Shown here one piece after another: positions 9,639 through 14,702 of a stretch of 59,646 bases of DNA. The notes under the pieces are model-generated. The model was not told the origin of the DNA, did no database searches, and saw only the letters and a program-made list of their open reading frames with translations. Positions within the stretch are counted from its first letter, which is position 1. Every line of letters starts with the position of its first letter. The stretch is from the NCBI GenBank assembly GCA_026395755.1, contig JAPLYC010000075.1:1-59646 (forward strand). Direction: 5' to 3'. The translations under genes were made by a program, and so were the position numbers. Source of the stretch: Candidatus Parcubacteria bacterium. GTDB lineage: Bacteria; Patescibacteriota; Patescibacteriia; CAIXNZ01.

Positions 9639-9881
9639 GTGATGATAAACGTTTGCCAACAATGTTCGCGTTTAAACCCCCTAGGCAATAAACAATGCAA
9701 TTATTGCCAGGGGGATTGTCTAGAGATGAAGCCCTTAGACTATGGACAGTTCCTGGTTGATAAAAACATCGGGACTAAGACCAGGGAGGAATCTTGGGAT
9801 GTTGATTACCCTGATTTGAGGTTATTTGAGGCTTGTCGAGCCATGCCAGATCAGTGGGACTTATTGCTTGCCAGACCTTGA
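9639..9881 (+). CDS. Small Zn-ribbon protein
   Basis: AAGGAGGT RBS; CQQC...CNYC. Confidence 0.6.
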   Translation: MMINVCQQCSRLNPLGNKQCNYCQGDCLEMKPLDYGQFLVDKNIGTKTREESWDVDYPDLRLFEACRAMPDQWDLLLARP

Positions 9882-9894
9882 AAAGGAGGGGAAA

Positions 9895-10083
9895 ATGGCT
9901 GAAGAAAAGCAAAATAGCGGTAACGAGAAGAAAAGGTGGGGTAATTGGTGTAAAAAGTGCGGCAAAGAGCACGAAAATATGGGGGTGGAACAATGTGATT
10001 GCGGAGGAAAAACAGATATTTTTCCTGGTCCGCCCGATATTAAAGGCTCGACCCCGCAAAATGGCAGGATTATTCCTTTATAA
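9895..10083 (+). CDS. Small Zn-ribbon protein (62 aa)
   Basis: AGGAGGGG RBS before ATG 9895; CKKCG...CDCGG. Confidence 0.6.
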   Translation: MAEEKQNSGNEKKRWGNWCKKCGKEHENMGVEQCDCGGKTDIFPGPPDIKGSTPQNGRIIPL

Positions 10084-10087
10084 GGAA

Positions 10088-10121
10088 TAAAGCCCTAGAT
10101 CAGTAATGGTTTAGGGCTTTA
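10088..10121 (+). terminator. Intrinsic terminator
   Basis: TAAAGCCCTAGA...TTTAGGGCTTTA hairpin. Confidence 0.7.
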
Positions 10122-10169
10122 AAATTTAGCTAATTATAGCAAATTTGTGTAAATTTTAGCTCAATTTAC

Positions 10170-10198
10170 TTGACAATTATCGTTTTCTGTACTAAGCT
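10170..10198 (+). promoter_or_regulatory. Sigma70-type promoter
   Basis: TTGACA-17 bp-TAAGCT. Confidence 0.65.
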
Positions 10199-10205
10199 AA
10201 AATAT

Positions 10206-10331
10206 ATGAATTTATTAGATCAAAAATTAACTGAAGAAAACTCTCAGCTATGGCTGGCTAATGTATTGGTTTTAGTCGTCGTAGTCGTCTTAGGCACTGT
10301 CGCAGTGGCTAGAGTTTTAAATATGTTCTAA
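10206..10331 (+). CDS. Val-rich leader peptide (41 aa; not in ORF track)
   Basis: MNLLDQKLTEENSQLWLANVLVLVVVVVLGTVAVARVLNMF, 10 Val including GTC GTC GTA GTC GTC; ilvB-leader-like composition. Confidence 0.75.
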   Translation: MNLLDQKLTEENSQLWLANVLVLVVVVVLGTVAVARVLNMF

Positions 10332-10347
10332 AATTATTGATATATTT

Positions 10348-10380
10348 AAAAAGGCCACTGCTAAAAACAGTGGCCTTTTT
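10348..10380 (+). terminator. Attenuator terminator of the Val leader
   Basis: AAAAAGGCCACTG-CTAAAAA-CAGTGGCCTTTTT. Antiterminator GCAGTGGCT (10302-10310) pairs with GGCCACTGC (10353-10361). Confidence 0.85.
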
Positions 10381-10396
10381 GATTAGTTCTTTATAT

Positions 10397-10471
10397 AGGG
10401 GTGTAACTCAGTGAAAGAGTACCGGGCAAACATCCCGGGAGTCATGGGTTAAAGTCCCATCACCCCTACCA
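10397..10471 (+). tRNA. Non-canonical tRNA-Val(AAC)-like gene
   Basis: Perfect cloverleaf: AGGGGTG/CACCCCT, ACTC/GAGT, CCGGG/CCCGG with loop CAAACAT, ATGGG/CCCAT, A73 and encoded CCA. Deviations: A33, no D-loop GG, T-loop TTAAAGT. Confidence 0.7.
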
Positions 10472-10483
10472 TGTTCTTTCTGT

Positions 10484-10555
10484 GGGCATGTAACTCAAAT
10501 GGCAGAGATCCAGTTGGTAACTGGTGTGTTGGGAGTTCGAACCTCTCCATGCCCA
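10484..10555 (+). tRNA. tRNA-Thr(GGT)-like gene, non-canonical
   Basis: GGGCATG/CATGCCC acceptor; CCAG-TTGGTAA-CTGG anticodon arm; GGGAG-TTCGAAC-CTCTC T arm; no encoded CCA; lacks C2-G71. Confidence 0.6.
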
Positions 10556-10575
10556 CTTAATTTAGTTACAGGTGT

Positions 10576-10649
10576 CAGGGGATAGCTTATGGAAAGCGCC
10601 AAAACTATCCTTTTGGAGATGTCTGGTTCAAATCCAGCTCCCCTGACCA
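10576..10649 (+). tRNA. tRNA-like gene of undetermined specificity
   Basis: CAGGGGA/TCCCCTG-A-CCA acceptor; GCTT/AAGC D arm; CCAAAA-CTATCC-TTTTGG anticodon arm with a 6- or 8-nt loop; CTGG-TTCAAAT-CCAG T arm. Confidence 0.55.
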
Positions 10650-10680
10650 AATTTTTTAAGCTAACAAGGAGGGCTAAGGT

Positions 10681-10947
10681 ATGTCAGCGGAAAAAGCGAT
10701 TGAAAACGTAAGTGTTCAGAGTTTTTTTGAAGAAGCTGCCAGAATTGAAGTTCAGCTTGATCGGTTGAATAATCGGCATTTTAATTATTGCCAAGAAACT
10801 GAAGCGCTCAAACAAGCTCTGGCCAACGGTTGTCGGCGTCAGACTTCAAGGCAAGCGCGCTTAAATGATCTTCAAGTAAGGCTTTTGCCGCAGCTTCAGT
10901 CACATATCGACTCCTTGCAGGTGCAAAAAGGCGGAGGAATCTACTGA
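10681..10947 (+). CDS. Small helical/coiled-coil hypothetical protein
   Basis: AGGAGGG RBS; 88 aa; followed by a terminator. Confidence 0.55.
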   Translation: MSAEKAIENVSVQSFFEEAARIEVQLDRLNNRHFNYCQETEALKQALANGCRRQTSRQARLNDLQVRLLPQLQSHIDSLQVQKGGGIY

Positions 10948-10955
10948 TTCTTTCC

Positions 10956-10986
10956 AGCTCTTCCCAGAATGAGGGAAGAGCTTTTT
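10956..10986 (+). terminator. Intrinsic terminator
   Basis: AGCTCTTCCC-AGAATGA-GGGAAGAGCT followed by a T-tract. Confidence 0.8.
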
Positions 10987-11012
10987 ATTTTTTGATATGC
11001 TATAATATAAAT

Positions 11013-11142
11013 GATCAGGCAATTAGCTTATGTTCTAGGACAATCTTATTTAATGGGAGGCTCAGATTTTATAACGCCGTGGCGTTATAATGCGGCCACC
11101 CACCTGACTTTAAGCTGGAAACATCAAGCTTATTGCCTGATT
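11013..11142 (+). ncRNA. ssrS: 6S RNA-like (short form)
   Basis: Extended -10 TGCTATAAT at 10998-11006. Long closing stem ATCAGGCAAT.AGCTT.ATGTT / AACAT.AAGCT.ATTGCCTGAT, central bubble, TGGGAGG / GCGGCCACCCACCTG core, apical TTATAACGCC/GGCGTTATAA hairpin, own terminator. Confidence 0.7.
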
Positions 11143-11145
11143 AAT

Positions 11146-11181
11146 AAAAACACCCCTTGGCCATGCCACAGGGTGTTTTTT
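11146..11181 (+). terminator. Intrinsic terminator after the 6S-like RNA
   Basis: AAAAACACCC...GGGTGTTTTT. Confidence 0.75.
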
Positions 11182-11284
11182 ATTAGAAAAAACATATCCC
11201 CAATTGCCTCAAAATGTATAGGCGAAAGATTAAAAATATGTTAAAATATGAGTAGGAAAGAACGGGTTTAAAGACCTAATTTTT

Positions 11285-12958
11285 ATGTTAAGTAGCAAAA
11301 AGTTAAAAGAAATTTTAATTAAGCCTGGCTATGTCAACGAGGCGGATTTTGCATTGGCGGAAAGAGACGCCAAGGCCAAAAAAATCAGTTTAGAGCAGGC
11401 ATTGGCGGATAATAATCTGTTAAAGGATGAAAATCTGGGTCAACTGATTGCCGACAGCCAGAAATTCCGCTTTGTGAATTTATCAAAAAAGGATATTAGT
11501 CCTGAAATTTTAAAATTAATTCCTGAAGTTGTCGCCAAAAAGCAATTAATTATCGCCTTTAATAAAGATAAGGATGGTTTACATCTGGCCATGAATGAAC
11601 CTGATAATTTACCCCTGCAGCATTTTGTCAGTAAAAATACAGGCGAAAAAATTATTACCTATTATGCTACGCCCAAAGACATTTTAAAAACCGTTAAGCA
11701 ATATCATAAGGAATTAAGGCAGGAATTTTCGGAAATAGTTTTAAAAAATTTAAGCGAGATTAAGTCAGACAATAAAGAACAGTTGCCGATTATTAAAATA
11801 GTGGAATCATTGATTCAATATGCCTATGAAAACCGCGCTTCTGATATTCATATCGAGCCGCATGATGAGGACACTCTGATACGTTTTCGTATCGATGGTG
11901 TTTTGCATGATGTTTTGGCCATTCCCAAAAATTATCATGACATGATTGTGTCCCGAGTTAAAATTATGTCAAATTTGAGGACTGATGAGCATAAAAGCAG
12001 TCAGGACGGCAAAATTCGGTTTAATTTGGCTGAAGAAAAATTAGACATCAGGGTTTCCATTTTACCAATTGTCGAAGGCGAAAAAATTGTAATGAGACTT
12101 TTGGCGAAAAAATTGCGCCAGTTGAATTTAGATAATTCCGGTTTAAATCCCAAGGATGTAAAAAAGGTTAAACAGGCCATTAAAAGTCCCTGGGGCATGA
12201 TTTTGGCAACCGGTCCGACCGGCAGCGGAAAGACAACAACATTATATTCAATTTTAAAACTTTTAAATTCCCGAGATATTAATATTTCCACTATTGAAGA
12301 TCCTGTAGAATATGACGTTGACGGTATTAATCAGATTCAGGTTGATGCTGAAACTAATTTAACTTTTGCCAAGGGCTTGCGCGCGATTTTGCGCCAAGAT
12401 CCCGATGTCATCATGGTTGGTGAAATTCGTGATGAGGAAACCGCCAAAATCGCCATAAATTCAGCCATGACCGGTCATTTGGTTTTATCTACTTTGCATA
12501 CCAATGATGCCGCCACTGCCTTGCCCCGCCTTTTAGACATGAAGGTCAAGCCTTATTTAATCGCCTCCACCGTTTTAATGGTAATTGCCCAGCGCCTGGT
12601 CAGAAAAATATGCCCAAATTGCATCGAAAGTTATACCATATCGACTGAAAACTTTGGCAAGTTATTACCCAAAGGCGTAGCGGAAAAAATGATTGACGGG
12701 AAAAAGAATGTTACTCTCTATAAGGGGGAAGGCTGCAAATTATGTCATAAAACCGGATACACTGATCGTTTAGGAATTTTTGAAGTTTTGGAAGTGAGCC
12801 AGCCCATTCGTGATTTAATCGTGCAAAAAGCAACGAGTCAGGATATAAAAAAACAGGCAATTTCTGAGGGTATGACTACGATGCTGGAAGATGGCCTGGA
12901 AAAAGTCTTTTTGGGCCAGACGACATTGGAAGAAATTTTAAGGGCAACCAAGGAATAG
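11285..12958 (+). CDS. pilB: Type IV pilus assembly ATPase (PilB/GspE)
   Basis: RASDIHIEP; Walker A GPTGSGKTTT; TIEDPVEY; LRQDPDVIMVGEIRD; LSTLHTN; CxxC...CxxC. Confidence 0.95.
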   Translation: MLSSKKLKEILIKPGYVNEADFALAERDAKAKKISLEQALADNNLLKDENLGQLIADSQKFRFVNLSKKDISPEILKLIPEVVAKKQLIIAFNKDKDGLHLAMNEPDNLPLQHFVSKNTGEKIITYYATPKDILKTVKQYHKELRQEFSEIVLKNLSEIKSDNKEQLPIIKIVESLIQYAYENRASDIHIEPHDEDTLIRFRIDGVLHDVLAIPKNYHDMIVSRVKIMSNLRTDEHKSSQDGKIRFNLAEEKLDIRVSILPIVEGEKIVMRLLAKKLRQLNLDNSGLNPKDVKKVKQAIKSPWGMILATGPTGSGKTTTLYSILKLLNSRDINISTIEDPVEYDVDGINQIQVDAETNLTFAKGLRAILRQDPDVIMVGEIRDEETAKIAINSAMTGHLVLSTLHTNDAATALPRLLDMKVKPYLIASTVLMVIAQRLVRKICPNCIESYTISTENFGKLLPKGVAEKMIDGKKNVTLYKGEGCKLCHKTGYTDRLGIFEVLEVSQPIRDLIVQKATSQDIKKQAISEGMTTMLEDGLEKVFLGQTTLEEILRATKE

Positions 12959-13036
12959 ATGTTTTAAATAACAAAAAGTAAATACCAAATTACAAAAAAA
13001 TATCAAATCTAAAAATTCAAATAACAAAAAAGGAGC

Positions 13037-14158
13037 ATGGCCAAATTTTTAAGCGTTTTAGGTGAAAAAAAATATTTCGAATTTAAAAACTGGAATTGGC
13101 ACATTAATTTTGGTTTTAATGTGGAGAAAATTTTGTTTGCCAAGACATTGGCGACTTTATTGCGGTCAAAAATTAATATTGCTGATTCCTTAGTAATTTT
13201 AGAGGCACAATTTTCCGGCAGTTTTAAATACGTTGTCGGGTTAGTTAGAAAAGACGTGGAAAACGGACAGACATTGGCCAGCGCTTTGGCCAAACACCCA
13301 AAATACTTTAATAAAATTTATGTGGGCTTGGTTAATGTCGGTGAAAAAAGCGGCCGTCTGGTTGACTGTCTGCAGCGCGTAGCCAAACAGCAGGAAAAAG
13401 AGTTGCAATTATCGCGCAGTATTCAGGCAGCGTCCTTATATCCGGCTATTATTTTTATTTGCTTAGCCGGTTTGGCGGCTTTATTAAGTTATTATATTTT
13501 GCCCCAGCTGATTATTGTTTTTACTTCTTTTAATATGCCGCTGCCCTGGACGACCAAGGCTTTATTATGGCTGGCGGATTTTATCAGACAATATGGCCCT
13601 TTGCTTTTGATTTTAATCATAGCGGGCATTTTCTTTTTCCGCTTTTTGATTAAACAGAATAAAATCAGGCCCCATTGGCAGGGATTTTTAGTGAGTCTGC
13701 CTTTTTTGGGGGAACTTTTAAAAAAATGGAATCTGGCCCGCTTTTGCCGCATTTTAGGCACATTATTGGAAAGCGGAGTTTCCATTCATGAAGCACTAGA
13801 TACTGCGATTGAAAGCTTGAGCAATGAAGTCTATATAAATTTATTGAAAAAAGTTAAAGCTAAAGTCTTGGGCGGCTTATCATTGGGCGAGGCCATTGAA
13901 AGTTTATATAAAATTGATATTTTCCCGCGTTTTGTTTTTCAATTGATTAGTGTCGGCGAAAGAACCGGAACGCTGGAAGAAAATTTAATTTATCTGGCTG
14001 AATTTTACGAAGAAGAAGTGGAAAATATCAGTAAAAACATGGCCAGCATTATTGAGCCGGTATTATTGGTGGTAATTGGCATTATTGTGGCTGTGATCGG
14101 CACTGCGATTATTTCGCCGATTTATGAATTTATCGCGACTTTAAGCGAAAGCCTTTAA
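13037..14158 (+). CDS. pilC: Type IV pilus platform protein (PilC/GspF)
   Basis: Two T2SSF repeats (VGEKSGRL, VGERTGTL), YP.I and IEP..L motifs. Confidence 0.9.
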   Translation: MAKFLSVLGEKKYFEFKNWNWHINFGFNVEKILFAKTLATLLRSKINIADSLVILEAQFSGSFKYVVGLVRKDVENGQTLASALAKHPKYFNKIYVGLVNVGEKSGRLVDCLQRVAKQQEKELQLSRSIQAASLYPAIIFICLAGLAALLSYYILPQLIIVFTSFNMPLPWTTKALLWLADFIRQYGPLLLILIIAGIFFFRFLIKQNKIRPHWQGFLVSLPFLGELLKKWNLARFCRILGTLLESGVSIHEALDTAIESLSNEVYINLLKKVKAKVLGGLSLGEAIESLYKIDIFPRFVFQLISVGERTGTLEENLIYLAEFYEEEVENISKNMASIIEPVLLVVIGIIVAVIGTAIISPIYEFIATLSESL

Positions 14159-14159
14159 A

Positions 14160-14238
14160 TTAATTTTAATTTTACAATTTACAATGATCAATTAATTTTC
14201 AAAATTGATTATTGAAAATTGATGATTGTAAATTTAAG
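14160..14238. repeat. Empty inverted heptamer-repeat element
   Basis: AATTTTAC AATTTAC AATGATC ... TTGAAAATTGATGATTGTAAATT; same family as the arms at 5521-5984. Confidence 0.65.
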
Positions 14239-14241
14239 CGT

Positions 14242-14670
14242 ATGAATAAGGGTTTTACCTTAATCGAGCTGATCATTGTTATTTGCATCTTTTTATTATT
14301 AGGTACGATTTTTTGGCCGATTGGCGCTAGTTTTTATCAGCAGGAGCTTTTAAGCAAAGCCGAGCAACAGGTGATTTGGATTTTAAAGCAAGCCAGAGCC
14401 AACGCAATTAACCAAAAAAATAATTCCGCCTTTGGCGTTCATTTGTCAGCGGGTGAGGCCGTTATATTTCAGGGCGATGATTTTAGTAGCCGCGCCATAA
14501 TTGAGGATGTTAATTATTCGTTGCCTAAAGTCGTCGCCATTAATGGCTTAAATGAAATAATTTTTGCCCCCAATACCGGGATGGTCAGTCCGGCCGGTTC
14601 CATTATTTTAAGCAGCGCGCAATCAAATAAGGAGATTATTATAAATGAGCTGGGTGTTATTGATTATTAG
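14242..14670 (+). CDS. Minor type IV pilin (FimT/GspH-like)
   Basis: MNKG|FTLIELII prepilin cleavage/methylation motif; start moved to ATG 14242. Confidence 0.85.
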   Translation: MNKGFTLIELIIVICIFLLLGTIFWPIGASFYQQELLSKAEQQVIWILKQARANAINQKNNSAFGVHLSAGEAVIFQGDDFSSRAIIEDVNYSLPKVVAINGLNEIIFAPNTGMVSPAGSIILSSAQSNKEIIINELGVIDY

Positions 14671-14702
14671 AGCTGAAGGCTTAGCGCTAAATATTTTTCA
14701 AT

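Noticed and set aside
9775..10090. Alternative ORFs 9775..10059(-), 9833..10090(+) and the 9826 start
   Set aside because: The SD-led ATG at 9895 with a CxxC/CxC motif explains the region; the others lack an RBS and overlap it.
9421..10390. T-box riboswitches
   Set aside because: No TGGNACCGCG T-box sequence or stem I AG/GNTG motifs; codon-run leader ORFs explain the structures better.
11011..11244. 77-aa ORF
   Set aside because: Overlaps the 6S-like stem and runs through its terminator; no recognisable protein features.
14667..14690. Additional RAYT1 REP copy (AAGGCTTAGCGCT)
   Set aside because: Single partial match without a partner; could be chance.
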